Positions 11,019-24,314 of a stretch of DNA of 64,000 nucleotides are shown piece after piece. The number at the start of each line of letters is the position of its first letter. Within the stretch, counting starts at the first letter, position 1. The notes beneath the pieces are model-generated. The model was not told the origin of the DNA and made no database searches. It was given only the letters and a program-made list of their open reading frames with translations. Source of the DNA: Escherichia coli (GTDB lineage: Bacteria; Pseudomonadota; Gammaproteobacteria; Enterobacterales; Enterobacteriaceae); NCBI RefSeq assembly GCF_002854065.1, contig NZ_CP024147.1; one strand, 5' to 3'. Made by a program: the position numbers and the translations under genes.

Positions 11019-12302
11019 TTACTTCTTCGCCTCTGCAACCACTTTGCTACCCACGCCGCGGTTATTGTATTCCCACATGCGGTTGTAGTTAGTGTCATTC
11101 AGATTGCGCTGTATTTCGTCGCTATCGTCAACGCTGCCGGTATTACCCGCAAACGGACGATTAGAGATCACCGCATCGCCCCACGGTTTAACCGTGTTAA
11201 AACCTTCGTTGATGGCGCTATCACGGATCACCACCTGACCGTTGGTATTGGCATCAACATCCAGCGAGCGGCCCAGTTGCGCCACGCCATCACCGGAAGC
11301 ATTGAAACGGCTGTTTACGGCGAGGAAACCGTAATAGATGTTGGACAGCGTAGCCGGTGCAAACACATACGCTTCTTGCTGAGTACGTGAGTTCACCACG
11401 CGGAATTCGGTGTTATCGAACACCACTGCACCGCGACCAGAAACGATATCCACATCCCCTTCAATATAGCTGTTGGTCACCAGCGTACGCGGCTGACGAT
11501 TCGTTTCCAGACGGTTCTGCACACCGCTGTTGGTGACAAAGAAGGTGTTCTGACGACCGAGAATGTTAACGTTGTTAATCTGTACCTGGTCACCGTCAGT
11601 ACGCAGTGCCACCGCCGGATGGTTACCCGCATCTACGCTATCACCCAGCGTGTTTTCGATGGTCAGGTTTTGCAGTTGCAGGCCATTATTTTGTGACCAG
11701 AAGACCGCAGAACACAGAACACCGATACTGTCGCTGCGTTTGCTCTGGCAGCTATCGTACATATACCACGCTGGTTTACCTGGCATATATTTGCCGCGCG
11801 GGTTGACGTCGTGACGCCAGTCGGCAGGGCTCATGCCCCCATCAAGGGAAAGCCCAATCTTCACATCAATCGGTTTTTCACCTGTACCGTACAGAGTAAT
11901 TCCACCTGGAGCAGCAGGGACATACACCGTTCCCTGATACTCACCAGGCATCACGGCAATATACTGGCGCTTGTTAGTGCGCTTGATAATTGCCGCATCT
12001 ACCGCCGCCTGAATCGTGGTATGCGTTACACCTTGAGTACCCGCCGGGCCGACAACAAAGTCAGGTTGCGCAGGCAGGGTTATCGGGGACGGATTCCACG
12101 CTGCAGCACCTGGTGTCAGGGATGCAAAATAGTGTTGAGCATCGAAATTCTGCGCTTCTTTTGCCGACAGAATCGGGCGAGAAGAGGTACCAGGCGCAGT
12201 TTGATCAGAAGGACGTTGATCGGGTGGTGTTGAGCTACAGGCGGTCAGCGTCACGCCAAAAGCCAATGCCAGCGCCAGACGGGAAACTGAAAATGTGTTC
12301 AC
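11019..12302 (-). CDS. ybhC: Outer-membrane lipoprotein, pectinesterase-like fold
   Basis: 427 aa; lipobox LTAC in signal peptide; recognised YbhC. Confidence 0.9.
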   Translation of the reverse strand: MNTFSVSRLALALAFGVTLTACSSTPPDQRPSDQTAPGTSSRPILSAKEAQNFDAQHYFASLTPGAAAWNPSPITLPAQPDFVVGPAGTQGVTHTTIQAAVDAAIIKRTNKRQYIAVMPGEYQGTVYVPAAPGGITLYGTGEKPIDVKIGLSLDGGMSPADWRHDVNPRGKYMPGKPAWYMYDSCQSKRSDSIGVLCSAVFWSQNNGLQLQNLTIENTLGDSVDAGNHPAVALRTDGDQVQINNVNILGRQNTFFVTNSGVQNRLETNRQPRTLVTNSYIEGDVDIVSGRGAVVFDNTEFRVVNSRTQQEAYVFAPATLSNIYYGFLAVNSRFNASGDGVAQLGRSLDVDANTNGQVVIRDSAINEGFNTVKPWGDAVISNRPFAGNTGSVDDSDEIQRNLNDTNYNRMWEYNNRGVGSKVVAEAKK

Positions 12303-12453
12303 AGGTTGCTCCGGGCTATGAAATAGAAAAATGAATCCGTTGAAGCCTGCTTTTTTATACTAACTTGAGCGAAACGGGAAGGTAAAAAGACAAAAAGTTG
12401 TTTTTAATACCTTTAAGTGATACCAGATAGCATTGCGCCATCTGGCAGAGTGA

Positions 12454-12930
12454 TTAACTAAACATCGCGGTAATCGATGCGCTTGCCAGAGAGTGGAAAT
12501 GAACGTTAAACCCGACCATCGCGCCGCTGGCTCCTTTATCGACATCAATACGCTCTACATCCAGCGCGTGAACGGTAAAAATGTAGCGATGGGTTTCGCC
12601 TTTCGGCGGCGCTGCGCCATCGTATCCGGTTTTACCAAAATCGGTACGCGTCTGCAAAACGCCGTCTGGCATTGCTACCAGACCAGAGCCAAACCCTTGC
12701 GGTAATACGCGGGTATCAGCGGGTAAATTAACAACTACCCAGTGCCACCAGCCGGAGCCGGTTGGCGCATCCGGGTCGTAGCAGGTGACAACAAAACTTT
12801 TCGTTCCCGCAGGAACATCATCCCACGCCAGATGCGGTGAAATATTATCGCCATCGTAACCCATGCCGTTAAAGACATGACGATGCGGCAACTTATCGCC
12901 ATCGCGCAGATCGTTACTGATGAGTTTCAT
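12454..12930 (-). CDS. ybhB: PEBP/kinase-inhibitor family protein
   Basis: 158 aa; recognised YbhB; only 58 bp after bioA stop, so likely cotranscribed. Confidence 0.9.
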   Translation of the reverse strand: MKLISNDLRDGDKLPHRHVFNGMGYDGDNISPHLAWDDVPAGTKSFVVTCYDPDAPTGSGWWHWVVVNLPADTRVLPQGFGSGLVAMPDGVLQTRTDFGKTGYDGAAPPKGETHRYIFTVHALDVERIDVDKGASGAMVGFNVHFHSLASASITAMFS

Positions 12931-12988
12931 GAACCCTCCTTTCTAGTTTGCAGAAAGTGTAGCCAGAAACCCTCACGCTGACTTCCCG

Positions 12989-14278
12989 TTATTGGCAAAA
13001 AAATGTTTCATCCTGTACCGCGCGGTTAACCGCTGCGGTCAGACGCTGCAACTGTTGCGGGAGAATAATATAGGGCGGCATCAGGTAAATCAGTTTGCCA
13101 AAAGGCCGGATCCAGACACCCTGTTCGACAAAGAATTTTTGCAGCGCCGCCATATTCACCGGACGAGTGGTTTCGACCACACCGATTGCCCCCAGTACGC
13201 GCACATCGGCAACCATTTCGGCATCACGGGCTGGTGCCAGTTGCTCGCGCAGCTGTACTTCAATAGCCGCCACCTGCTGCTGCCAGTCGCCAGATTCGAG
13301 AATCGCCAGGCTGGCGTTTGCTGCCGCGCAGGCCAGCGGATTACCCATAAAAGTTGGCCCATGCATAAAGCAGCCGGCTTCGCCGTTACTGATGGTTTCC
13401 GCAACCTCGCGCGTGGTGAGCGTGGCGGAAAGGGTCATTGTGCCGCCGGTTAAGGCTTTACCGAGGCACAAAATGTCCGGCGCGATTTCTGCATATTCAC
13501 AGGCAAACAGTTTGCCGGTACGACCAAATCCGGTGGCGATCTCGTCGGCAATCAGCAAGATACCTTCGCGATCGCACATTTTGCGGATTCGTTTTAACCA
13601 TTCCGGATGGTACATGCGCATCCCGCCTGCGCCCTGGACAATCGGTTCAATGATCACCGCCGCGATTTCATGACGATGCGCCGCCATCAGGCGGGCAAAG
13701 CCCACCATATCGCGCTCATCCCATTCACCATCCATGCGGCTTTGCGGGGCGGGAGCAAACAAGTTTTCTGGCAGATAGCCTTTCCACAGGCTGTGCATTG
13801 AGTTGTCCGGATCGCACACCGACATCGCGCCAAAGGTATCGCCATGATAACCATTGCGGAAGGTCAGAAAACGCTGGCGCGCTTCGCCTTTGGCCTGCCA
13901 GTACTGCAACGCCATTTTCATCGCCACTTCCACCGCTACGGAGCCGGAGTCCGCGAGAAAAACGCATTCCAGCGGTTGCGGCGTCATCGCCACCAGTTTG
14001 CGGCACAGCTCAATGGCTGGCGCATGGGTGATACCGCCAAACATCACATGCGACATGGCATCAATTTGCGACTTCATCGCCGCATTAAGCTGCGGGTGAT
14101 TGTAACCGTGGATCGCCGCCCACCAGGACGACATACCGTCAACCAGGCGTCTGCCGTCAGACAAAATTAGCTCGCAACCTTCGGCGCTCGCCACCGGATA
14201 AACCGGTAGCGGGGAGGTCATGGATGTGTATGGGTGCCAGATATGGCGTTGGTCAAAGGCAAGATCGTCCGTTGTCAT
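12989..14278 (-). CDS. bioA: Adenosylmethionine-8-amino-7-oxononanoate aminotransferase
   Basis: Start chosen at [17 protein letters not shown] (429 aa); divergent from bioB. Confidence 0.93.
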   Translation of the reverse strand: MTTDDLAFDQRHIWHPYTSMTSPLPVYPVASAEGCELILSDGRRLVDGMSSWWAAIHGYNHPQLNAAMKSQIDAMSHVMFGGITHAPAIELCRKLVAMTPQPLECVFLADSGSVAVEVAMKMALQYWQAKGEARQRFLTFRNGYHGDTFGAMSVCDPDNSMHSLWKGYLPENLFAPAPQSRMDGEWDERDMVGFARLMAAHRHEIAAVIIEPIVQGAGGMRMYHPEWLKRIRKMCDREGILLIADEIATGFGRTGKLFACEYAEIAPDILCLGKALTGGTMTLSATLTTREVAETISNGEAGCFMHGPTFMGNPLACAAANASLAILESGDWQQQVAAIEVQLREQLAPARDAEMVADVRVLGAIGVVETTRPVNMAALQKFFVEQGVWIRPFGKLIYLMPPYIILPQQLQRLTAAVNRAVQDETFFCQ

Positions 14279-14285
14279 AATTGAC

Positions 14286-14320
14286 TTGTAAACCAAATTG
14301 AAAAGATTTAGGTTTACGAG
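14286..14320. promoter_or_regulatory. bio operator (BirA site) with divergent bioA/bioB promoters
   Basis: Inverted repeat TTGTAAACC ... GGTTTAC in the 86-bp bioA/bioB spacer. Confidence 0.7.
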
Positions 14321-14364
14321 TCTACACCGAATTAACAACAAAAAACACGTTTTGGAGAAGCCCC

Positions 14365-15405
14365 ATGGCTCACCGCCCACGCTGGACATTGTCGCAAGTC
14401 ACAGAATTATTTGAAAAATCGTTGCTGGATCTGCTGTTTGAAGCGCAGCAGGTGCATCGTCAGCATTTCGATCCTCGTCAGGTACAGGTCAGCACTTTGC
14501 TGTCGATTAAAACCGGAGCTTGTCCGGAAGATTGCAAATACTGCCCGCAAAGCTCGCGCTACAAAACCGGGCTGGAAGCCGAGCGGTTGATGGAAGTTGA
14601 ACAGGTGCTGGAGTCGGCGCGCAAAGCGAAAGCGGCAGGATCGACGCGCTTCTGTATGGGCGCGGCGTGGAAGAATCCCCACGAACGCGATATGCCGTAC
14701 CTGGAACAAATGGTGCAGGGGGTAAAAGCGATGGGGCTGGAGGCGTGTATGACGCTGGGCACGTTGAGTGAATCTCAGGCGCAGCGCCTCGCGAACGCCG
14801 GGCTGGATTACTACAACCACAACCTGGACACCTCGCCGGAGTTTTACGGCAATATCATCACCACCCGCACTTATCAGGAACGCCTCGATACGCTGGAAAA
14901 AGTGCGCGATGCCGGGATCAAAGTCTGTTCTGGCGGCATTGTGGGCTTAGGCGAAACGGTAAAAGATCGCGCCGGATTATTGCTGCAACTGGCAAACCTG
15001 CCGACGCCGCCGGAAAGCGTGCCAATCAATATGCTGGTGAAGGTGAAAGGCACCCCCCTTGCCGATAACGATGATGTCGATGCCTTTGATTTTATTCGCA
15101 CCATTGCCGTAGCGCGGATCATGATGCCGACCTCTTACGTGCGCCTTTCTGCCGGACGCGAGCAGATGAATGAACAGACTCAGGCAATGTGCTTTATGGC
15201 TGGCGCAAACTCGATTTTCTACGGTTGCAAACTACTAACCACGCCGAATCCGGAAGAAGATAAAGACCTGCAACTGTTTCGCAAACTGGGGCTAAATCCG
15301 CAGCAAACTGCCGTGCTGGCAGGGGATAACGAACAACAGCAGCGTCTGGAGCAGGCACTGATGACCCCGGACACTGACGAATATTACAACGCGGCAGCAC
15401 TATGA
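14365..15405 (+). CDS. bioB: Biotin synthase (radical SAM)
   Basis: 346 aa; CPEDCKYC radical-SAM cysteine motif. Confidence 0.95.
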   Translation: MAHRPRWTLSQVTELFEKSLLDLLFEAQQVHRQHFDPRQVQVSTLLSIKTGACPEDCKYCPQSSRYKTGLEAERLMEVEQVLESARKAKAAGSTRFCMGAAWKNPHERDMPYLEQMVQGVKAMGLEACMTLGTLSESQAQRLANAGLDYYNHNLDTSPEFYGNIITTRTYQERLDTLEKVRDAGIKVCSGGIVGLGETVKDRAGLLLQLANLPTPPESVPINMLVKVKGTPLADNDDVDAFDFIRTIAVARIMMPTSYVRLSAGREQMNEQTQAMCFMAGANSIFYGCKLLTTPNPEEDKDLQLFRKLGLNPQQTAVLAGDNEQQQRLEQALMTPDTDEYYNAAAL

Positions 15406-16556
15406 GCTGGCAGGAGAAAATCAACGCGGCGCTCGATGCGCGGCGTGCTGCCGATGCCCTGCGTCGCCGTTATCCAGTGGCGCAAGGAGCCGGACGCTGG
15501 CTGGTGGCGGATGATCGCCAGTATCTGAACTTTTCCAGTAACGATTATTTAGGTTTAAGCCATCATCCGCAAATTATCCGTGCCTGGAAGCAGGGGGCGG
15601 AGCAATTTGGCGTCGGTAGCGGCGGTTCCGGTCACGTCAGCGGTTATAGCGTGGCGCATCAGGCGCTGGAAGAAGAACTGGCCGAGTGGCTGGGCTATTC
15701 GCGGGCACTGCTGTTTATCTCTGGTTTTGCCGCTAATCAGGCGGTCATTGCCGCGATGATGGCAAAAGAGGACCGCATTGTCGCTGACCGGCTAAGCCAT
15801 GCCTCATTGCTGGAGGCTGCCAGTTTAAGCCCGTCGCAGCTTCGCCGTTTTGTTCATAACGATGTCACTCATCTGGCGCGACTGCTTGCTTCCCCCTGTC
15901 CGGGGCAGCAACTGGTGGTGACAGAAGGCGTGTTCAGCATGGACGGCGATAGTGCGCCACTGGGGGAAATCCAGCAGGTAACGCAACAGCACAATGGCTG
16001 GTTGATGGTCGATGATGCCCACGGCACGGGCGTTATCGGGGAGCAGGGGCGCGGCAGCTGCTGGCTGCAAAAGGTAAAACCAGAATTGCTGGTAGTGACT
16101 TTTGGCAAAGGATTTGGCGTCAGCGGGGCAGCGGTGCTTTGCTCCAGTACGGTGGCGGATTATCTGCTGCAATTCGCCCGCCATCTTATCTACAGCACCA
16201 GTATGCCGCCCGCTCAGGCGCAGGCATTACGTGCGTCACTGGCGGTCATTTGCAGTGATGAGGGTGATGCACGGCGCGAAAAACTGGCGGCACTCATTAC
16301 GCGTTTTCGTGCCGGAGTACAGGATTTGCCGTTTACGCTTGCTGATTCATGCAGCGCCATCCAGCCATTGATCGTCGGTGATAACAGCCGTGCGTTACAA
16401 CTGGCAGAAAAACTGCGCCAGCAAGGCTGCTGGGTCACGGCGATTCGCCCGCCAACCGTACCCGCTGGTACTGCGCGACTGCGCTTAACACTAACCTCCG
16501 CGCATGAAATGCAGGATATCGACCGTCTGCTGGAGGTGCTGCATGGCAACGGTTAA
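15402..16556 (+). CDS. bioF: 8-amino-7-oxononanoate synthase
   Basis: 384 aa PLP enzyme; start overlaps bioB stop. Confidence 0.95.
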   Translation: MSWQEKINAALDARRAADALRRRYPVAQGAGRWLVADDRQYLNFSSNDYLGLSHHPQIIRAWKQGAEQFGVGSGGSGHVSGYSVAHQALEEELAEWLGYSRALLFISGFAANQAVIAAMMAKEDRIVADRLSHASLLEAASLSPSQLRRFVHNDVTHLARLLASPCPGQQLVVTEGVFSMDGDSAPLGEIQQVTQQHNGWLMVDDAHGTGVIGEQGRGSCWLQKVKPELLVVTFGKGFGVSGAAVLCSSTVADYLLQFARHLIYSTSMPPAQAQALRASLAVICSDEGDARREKLAALITRFRAGVQDLPFTLADSCSAIQPLIVGDNSRALQLAEKLRQQGCWVTAIRPPTVPAGTARLRLTLTSAHEMQDIDRLLEVLHGNG

Positions 16557-17298
16557 TAAACAAGCCATTGCAGCGGCATTTGGTCGGGCAGCCGCGCACT
16601 ATGAGCAACACGCAGAGTTACAGCGCCAGAGTGCTGACGTCTTACTGGCAATGCTCCCACTGCGTAAATACACCCACGTACTGGACGCGGGGTGTGGGCC
16701 AGGCTGGATGAGCCGCCACTGGCGAGAGCGTCACGCGCAGGTGACGGCGTTAGATCTCTCGCCGCCAATGCTTGCGCAAGCCCGCCATAAAGATGCCGCA
16801 GATCATTATCTGGCGGGAGATATCGAATCCCTGCCGTTAGCGACTGCGACGTTCGATCTTGCATGGAGCAATCTCGCGGTGCAGTGGTGCGGTAATTTAT
16901 CCACGGCACTCCGCGAGCTGTATCGGGTGGTGCACCCCGGAGGCGTGGTCGCGTTTACCACGCTGGTGCAGGGATCGTTACCCGAACTGCATCAGGCGTG
17001 GCAGGCGGTGGACGAGCGCCCGCATGCTAATCGCTTTTTATCGCCAGATGAAATCGAACAGTCACTGAACGGCGTGCATTATCGACATCATATTCAGCCC
17101 ATCACGCTGTGGTTTGATGATGCGCTCAGTGCCATGCGTTCGCTGAAAGGCATCGGTGCCACGCATCTTCATGAAGGGCGCGACCAGCGAATATTAACGC
17201 GTTCACAGTTGCAGCGATTGCAACTGGCCTGGCCGCAACAACAGGGGCGATATCCTCTGACGTATTATCTTTTTTTGGGAGTGATTGTTCGTGAGTAA
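16543..17298 (+). CDS. bioC: Malonyl-ACP O-methyltransferase
   Basis: Start at MATVNKQ (251 aa) overlapping bioF end; SAM-methyltransferase motif LDAGCGPG. Confidence 0.9.
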   Translation: MATVNKQAIAAAFGRAAAHYEQHAELQRQSADVLLAMLPLRKYTHVLDAGCGPGWMSRHWRERHAQVTALDLSPPMLAQARHKDAADHYLAGDIESLPLATATFDLAWSNLAVQWCGNLSTALRELYRVVHPGGVVAFTTLVQGSLPELHQAWQAVDERPHANRFLSPDEIEQSLNGVHYRHHIQPITLWFDDALSAMRSLKGIGATHLHEGRDQRILTRSQLQRLQLAWPQQQGRYPLTYYLFLGVIVRE

Positions 17299-17968
17299 AC
17301 GTTATTTTGTCACCGGAACGGATACCGAAGTGGGGAAAACTGTCGCCAGTTGTGCACTTTTACAAGCCGCAAAGGCAGCAGGCTATCGGACGGCAGGTTA
17401 TAAACCGGTCGCCTCTGGCAGCGAAAAGACCCCGGAGGGTTTACGTAATAGTGACGCGCTGGCGTTACAGCGCAACAGCAGCCTTCAGCTGGATTATGCA
17501 ACGGTAAATCCTTACACCTTCGCAGAACCCACCTCACCGCACATCATCAGCGCGCAAGAGGGCAGGCCGATAGAATCATCGGTAATGAGCTCCGGATTAC
17601 GCGCGCTTGAACAACAGGCTGACTGGGTGTTAGTGGAAGGCGCTGGCGGCTGGTTTACGCCCCTTTCTGACACTTTCACTTTTGCGGATTGGGTAACACA
17701 GGAACAACTGCCGGTAATACTGGTGGTTGGCGTGAAACTTGGCTGCATTAATCACGCGATGTTGACGGCACAGGCGATACAACACGCCGGGCTGACTCTG
17801 GCGGGTTGGGTGGCGAACGATGTCACGCCTCCGGGAAAACGTCACGCTGAATATATGACCACGCTCACCCGCATGATTCCCGCGCCGCTGCTGGGAGAGA
17901 TCCCCTGGCTTGCAGAAAATCCAGAAAATGCGGCAACCGGAAAGTACATAAACCTTGCCTTGTTGTAG
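17291..17968 (+). CDS. bioD: Dethiobiotin synthetase
   Basis: GTG start giving (M)[16 protein letters not shown] with P-loop; 225 aa. Confidence 0.9.
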   Translation: MSKRYFVTGTDTEVGKTVASCALLQAAKAAGYRTAGYKPVASGSEKTPEGLRNSDALALQRNSSLQLDYATVNPYTFAEPTSPHIISAQEGRPIESSVMSSGLRALEQQADWVLVEGAGGWFTPLSDTFTFADWVTQEQLPVILVVGVKLGCINHAMLTAQAIQHAGLTLAGWVANDVTPPGKRHAEYMTTLTRMIPAPLLGEIPWLAENPENAATGKYINLALL

Positions 17969-17981
17969 CCATCCTGTATTT

Positions 17982-18029
17982 GGTTAAATTGCGAGCGAGA
18001 TCGCGTCTTCGATTGACTGCAATTTAACC
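17982..18029 (+). terminator. Hairpin after bioD, putative bio operon terminator
   Basis: GGTTAAATTGC / GCAATTTAACC inverted repeat just downstream of bioD stop. Confidence 0.4.
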
Positions 18030-18127
18030 AATTAAATTCTAAAATAATCACGAAAAAAATTTTACTTCCGCATCATGCGGCGAATGTGGGAATTGCCCAA
18101 GCGGCGGGGGATAGGGGCTGCAGACAG

Positions 18128-18150
18128 TTATCCACTATTCCTGTGGATAA
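18128..18150. promoter_or_regulatory. Inverted pair of DnaA boxes upstream of uvrB
   Basis: TTATCCACT and TGTGGATAA (9-mer DnaA box matches) in opposite orientation. Confidence 0.6.
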
Positions 18151-18452
18151 CCATGTGTATTAGAGTTAGAAAACACGAGGCAAGCGAGAGAATACGCGGC
18201 TTGCACGCGAATTGGCGTTAAAGACGGCTCAAAGAAATATCTTTTATTTTTTAACTGGTTAGATAATTGCAATGGCAGTCACTGAACAGGCATCTCTTGC
18301 CATAAAACTGACATCACTCATCTTGACAAATGTTAAAAAAGCCGTTGCTTTGGGGATAACCCGGTAAGGTCCGAGTTTTATCTCGCCACAGAGTAAATTT
18401 TGCTCATGATTGACAGCGGAGTTTACGCTGTATCAGAAATATTATGGTGATG

Positions 18453-18472
18453 AACTGTTTTTTTATCCAGTA
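18453..18472. promoter_or_regulatory. LexA box (SOS operator) of uvrB with adjacent -10
   Basis: AACTGTTTTTTTATCCAGTA (CTG-N10-CAG) followed by TATAAT. Confidence 0.85.
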
Positions 18473-18546
18473 TAATTTGTTGGCATAATTAAGTACGACG
18501 AGTAAAATTACATACCTGCCCGCCCAACTCCTTCAGGTAGCGACTC

Positions 18547-20568
18547 ATGAGTAAACCGTTCAAACTGAATTCCGCTTTTAAACCTTCTGGCGATCAGCCA
18601 GAGGCGATTCGACGTCTCGAAGAGGGGCTGGAAGATGGCCTGGCGCACCAGACGTTACTTGGTGTGACTGGTTCCGGGAAAACCTTCACCATTGCCAATG
18701 TCATTGCTGACCTTCAGCGCCCTACCATGGTACTTGCGCCCAACAAAACGCTGGCGGCCCAGCTGTATGGCGAAATGAAAGAGTTCTTCCCGGAAAACGC
18801 GGTGGAATATTTCGTCTCCTACTACGACTACTATCAGCCAGAAGCCTATGTACCGAGTTCCGACACCTTCATTGAGAAAGATGCCTCGGTAAACGAACAT
18901 ATCGAACAGATGCGTTTGTCCGCCACCAAAGCGATGCTGGAGCGGCGTGATGTGGTTGTGGTCGCGTCTGTTTCCGCGATTTATGGTCTGGGCGATCCTG
19001 ATTTATATCTCAAGATGATGCTCCATCTCACGGTCGGTATGATTATCGATCAGCGCGCGATTCTGCGCCGACTGGCGGAGCTACAATACGCTCGTAATGA
19101 TCAAGCATTCCAGCGTGGTACTTTCCGTGTTCGTGGCGAGGTGATTGATATCTTCCCGGCAGAATCGGATGACATTGCACTTCGCGTGGAACTGTTTGAC
19201 GAGGAAGTGGAACGATTGTCGTTATTTGACCCGCTAACCGGGCAGATTGTTTCCACCATTCCACGTTTTACCATCTACCCGAAAACGCACTACGTCACAC
19301 CGCGCGAGCGCATCGTACAGGCGATGGAGGAGATCAAAGAAGAGCTGGCCGCCAGACGCAAAGTGCTATTGGAAAACAACAAACTGCTGGAAGAGCAGCG
19401 GCTGACCCAGCGTACCCAGTTTGATCTGGAGATGATGAACGAGCTGGGCTACTGTTCGGGGATTGAAAACTACTCGCGCTTCCTCTCCGGTCGTGGACCG
19501 GGTGAGCCACCGCCGACGCTGTTTGATTACCTGCCTGCCGATGGGCTGCTGGTGGTCGATGAATCTCACGTCACCATTCCACAAATTGGCGGCATGTATC
19601 GCGGTGACCGGGCGCGTAAAGAGACACTGGTGGAGTACGGCTTCCGCCTGCCATCAGCGCTGGATAACCGTCCGCTGAAATTTGAAGAGTTCGAAGCATT
19701 AGCGCCGCAAACCATCTATGTTTCGGCGACGCCAGGTAATTATGAGCTGGAAAAATCCGGCGGCGATGTGGTGGATCAGGTGGTGCGTCCAACCGGATTG
19801 CTTGATCCGATTATCGAAGTGCGGCCAGTGGCGACACAGGTTGATGATCTTCTTTCGGAGATTCGTCAGCGAGCGGCAATTAACGAACGCGTACTGGTCA
19901 CCACACTGACCAAGCGAATGGCGGAAGATCTTACCGAATATCTCGAAGAACACGGTGAGCGCGTGCGTTATCTTCACTCAGATATCGACACCGTCGAGCG
20001 TATGGAGATTATCCGCGACTTGCGTCTGGGTGAGTTCGACGTGCTGGTGGGGATCAACTTACTGCGCGAAGGTCTGGATATGCCGGAAGTTTCGCTGGTG
20101 GCGATCCTCGACGCTGACAAAGAAGGCTTCCTGCGTTCTGAACGTTCGTTGATCCAGACCATTGGTCGTGCGGCACGTAACGTTAACGGTAAAGCGATTC
20201 TCTACGGCGATAAGATCACCCCATCAATGGCGAAAGCGATTGGCGAAACCGAACGTCGCCGCGAGAAACAGCAGAAGTACAACGAGGAACACGGCATTAC
20301 GCCGCAAGGCTTGAACAAGAAAGTGGTCGATATCCTGGCGTTGGGGCAGAACATTGCTAAAACCAAAGCGAAGGGCAGAGGAAAATCGCGCCCGATTGTT
20401 GAGCCGGATAATGTGCCGATGGATATGTCGCCTAAAGCGTTGCAGCAGAAGATCCATGAACTGGAAGGGTTGATGATGCAACACGCGCAAAATCTGGAGT
20501 TCGAAGAAGCGGCACAAATTCGTGACCAGTTGCATCAGTTGCGTGAATTGTTTATCGCGGCTTCGTGA
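18547..20568 (+). CDS. uvrB: Excinuclease ABC subunit B
   Basis: 673 aa; Walker A GVTGSGKT; recognised UvrB. Confidence 0.97.
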
Positions 20569-20599
20569 CAGGATAACGAAGAAGACAGATGACAAAAGC

Positions 20600-20710
20600 A
20601 AAATTGCCTGATGTGCTACGCTTATCAGGCCTACATGATTCTGCAATACATTGAATTAGCGCGGTTTGTAGGCCGGATAAGGCGTTCACGCCGCATCCGG
20701 CATAAACAAC
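20600..20710. repeat. REP/BIME repeats
   Basis: TGTAGGCCGGATAAGGCGTTCACGCCGCATCCGGC and related units after uvrB. Confidence 0.8.
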
Positions 20711-20758
20711 GCGCACTTTGTCTTCAATAGGAAGCCGGAATTTTCCTTCGGATTTCCG

Positions 20759-21727
<969 letters not shown>

Positions 21728-21924
21728 TTAACCTGCCAATATTGAGGATACAAACTATTTTCTTCTACCTCTAAAGGACGATGTGCGCTATGCCTCCCTG
21801 ATGATGTATATCAAAGTAAAACCGCCATTTTCCCTTATTCTGTAGCGAAATAGCACGATCATGACGCTATATACATGATTACATAGCGAAAGTGTGGATG
21901 GTAAAAATCTCGTTTACACGCTAG

Positions 21925-22063
21925 TATCGGCTTAACCACTAAACACTCTAGCCTCTGCACCTGGGTCAACTGATACGGTGCTTTGGCCGTGACAATGCTC
22001 GTAAAGATTGCCACCAGGGCGAAGGAAGAAATGACTTCGCCTCCCGTATCTGGAAAGGTGTAC
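21925..22063 (+). ncRNA. Putative molybdenum-cofactor (Moco) riboswitch in moaA 5' UTR; borders approximate
   Basis: Structured GC-rich leader directly upstream of moaA with CCUCCC near the start codon; position matches the known Moco RNA motif of moaABCDE. Confidence 0.5.
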
Positions 22064-23053
22064 ATGGCTTCACAACTGACTGATGCATTTGCGCGTAAGT
22101 TTTACTACTTGCGCCTGTCGATTACCGATGTGTGTAACTTTCGTTGCACCTACTGCCTGCCGGATGGCTACAAACCGAGCGGCGTCACCAATAAAGGCTT
22201 TCTGACCGTCGATGAAATTCGCCGGGTTACGCGCGCCTTCGCCAGTCTGGGCACCGAAAAAGTCCGTCTGACAGGTGGTGAGCCGTCTTTACGCCGCGAC
22301 TTTACCGATATCATCGCCGCTGTGCGAGAAAATGACGCTATCCGCCAGATTGCGGTCACCACCAATGGTTACCGTCTGGAACGCGATGTGGCGAACTGGC
22401 GCGATGCTGGACTTACTGGCATCAACGTCAGCGTTGATAGTCTGGACGCCCGCCAGTTTCACGCTATTACCGGGCAGGATAAATTCAACCAGGTGATGGC
22501 AGGGATTGATGCTGCATTTGAGGCTGGTTTTGAGAAGGTCAAAGTCAATACCGTGCTGATGCGTGATGTGAATCATCACCAGCTCGACACCTTTCTGAAC
22601 TGGATCCAGCATCGCCCTATCCAGCTGCGTTTCATCGAACTGATGGAAACGGGCGAGGGCAGCGAGCTCTTCCGTAAGCATCACATCTCTGGTCAGGTTC
22701 TGCGTGACGAGCTACTGCGTCGCGGCTGGATCCACCAATTACGTCAACGCAGCGACGGTCCCGCGCAAGTCTTTTGTCATCCGGATTACGCCGGAGAGAT
22801 TGGCCTTATCATGCCGTATGAAAAAGACTTCTGCGCCACTTGCAACCGTCTGCGCGTTTCCTCCATTGGTAAACTCCATCTCTGCCTGTTTGGTGAAGGC
22901 GGCGTTAACCTGCGCGATCTGCTGGAAGACGATACCCAGCAACAGGCGCTGGAAGCGCGTATTTCAGCGGCGCTGCGGGAGAAGAAACAGACCCATTTCC
23001 TGCATCAAAACAACACCGGTATTACGCAAAACTTATCGTACATTGGCGGCTAA
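22064..23053 (+). CDS. moaA: GTP 3',8-cyclase (radical SAM)
   Basis: Start at MASQLTDAF (329 aa); CNFRCTYC motif. Confidence 0.95.
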
Positions 23054-23074
23054 AACGTCAAAAGGAGAGATCAG

Positions 23075-23587
23075 ATGAGTCAGGTAAGCACTGAATTTAT
23101 CCCGACCCGTATTGCTATTCTTACGGTTTCTAATCGTCGCGGTGAAGAAGACGATACCTCCGGTCACTATTTGCGCGATTCGGCGCAAGAAGCGGGCCAT
23201 CACGTTGTCGATAAAGCCATTGTGAAAGAAAACCGCTACGCTATTCGCGCTCAGGTATCTGCGTGGATCGCCAGCGACGATGTACAAGTGGTGTTGATTA
23301 CGGGGGGGACTGGCCTGACGGAAGGTGATCAGGCTCCCGAAGCATTGCTGCCGTTGTTCGACCGTGAAGTTGAAGGTTTTGGTGAAGTGTTCCGTATGTT
23401 GTCGTTTGAAGAGATTGGCACTTCCACGTTGCAATCTCGTGCGGTAGCGGGCGTCGCTAACAAAACGCTGATTTTCGCCATGCCGGGTTCGACCAAAGCG
23501 TGCCGTACCGCATGGGAAAATATCATCGCGCCGCAGCTGGATGCCCGTACGCGTCCGTGTAATTTCCATCCACATTTGAAGAAATAA
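23075..23587 (+). CDS. moaB: Molybdenum cofactor biosynthesis protein B
   Basis: 170 aa; recognised MoaB. Confidence 0.93.
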
Positions 23588-23589
23588 GT

Positions 23590-24075
23590 ATGTCGCAACT
23601 GACCCATATCAACGCCGCTGGCGAAGCGCACATGGTGGATGTCTCCGCCAAAGCGGAAACCGTGCGTGAAGCGCGGGCGGAAGCCTTTGTCACCATGCGC
23701 AGCGAGACGCTGGCGATGATTATTGATGGTCGCCACCACAAAGGCGACGTATTTGCCACTGCGCGTATTGCCGGTATTCAGGCGGCAAAACGCACCTGGG
23801 ATCTGATCCCGCTGTGTCATCCGCTGATGCTCAGCAAAGTTGAAGTCAATTTACAGGCCGAGCCGGAGCACAATCGGGTGCGTATAGAAACCTTATGCCG
23901 CCTGACCGGGAAAACCGGTGTCGAAATGGAAGCGTTAACCGCGGCCTCCGTGGCGGCGCTGACCATTTATGACATGTGCAAAGCGGTGCAAAAAGATATG
24001 GTGATTGGTCCGGTACGTTTGTTGGCAAAGAGCGGCGGCAAGTCAGGTGACTTTAAGGTGGAAGCGGATGATTAA
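23590..24075 (+). CDS. moaC: Cyclic pyranopterin monophosphate synthase
   Basis: 161 aa; recognised MoaC. Confidence 0.95.
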
Positions 24076-24313
24076 AGTTCTTTTTTTCGCCCAGGTGCGC
24101 GAGTTGGTGGGAACAGATGCAACCGAAGTGGCTGCGGATTTCCCAACCGTTGAAGCGTTACGCCAGCACCTGGCTGCGCAGAGTGATCGCTGGGCGCTGG
24201 CGCTGGAAGATGGCAAATTACTGGCTGCCGTCAACCAGACGCTGGTGAGTTTTGACCATCCGCTGACTGACGGCGACGAAGTAGCTTTCTTCCCGCCGGT
24301 AACCGGAGGTTAA
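24068..24313 (+). CDS. moaD: Molybdopterin synthase sulfur-carrier subunit
   Basis: Start at [12 protein letters not shown] (81 aa), ends in GG; overlaps moaC end. Confidence 0.92.
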
Positions 24314-24314
24314 G

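Noticed and set aside
12992-13673. Plus-strand ORFs of 153 and 192 aa
   Set aside because: Antisense to bioA; no Shine-Dalgarno; composition artefact.
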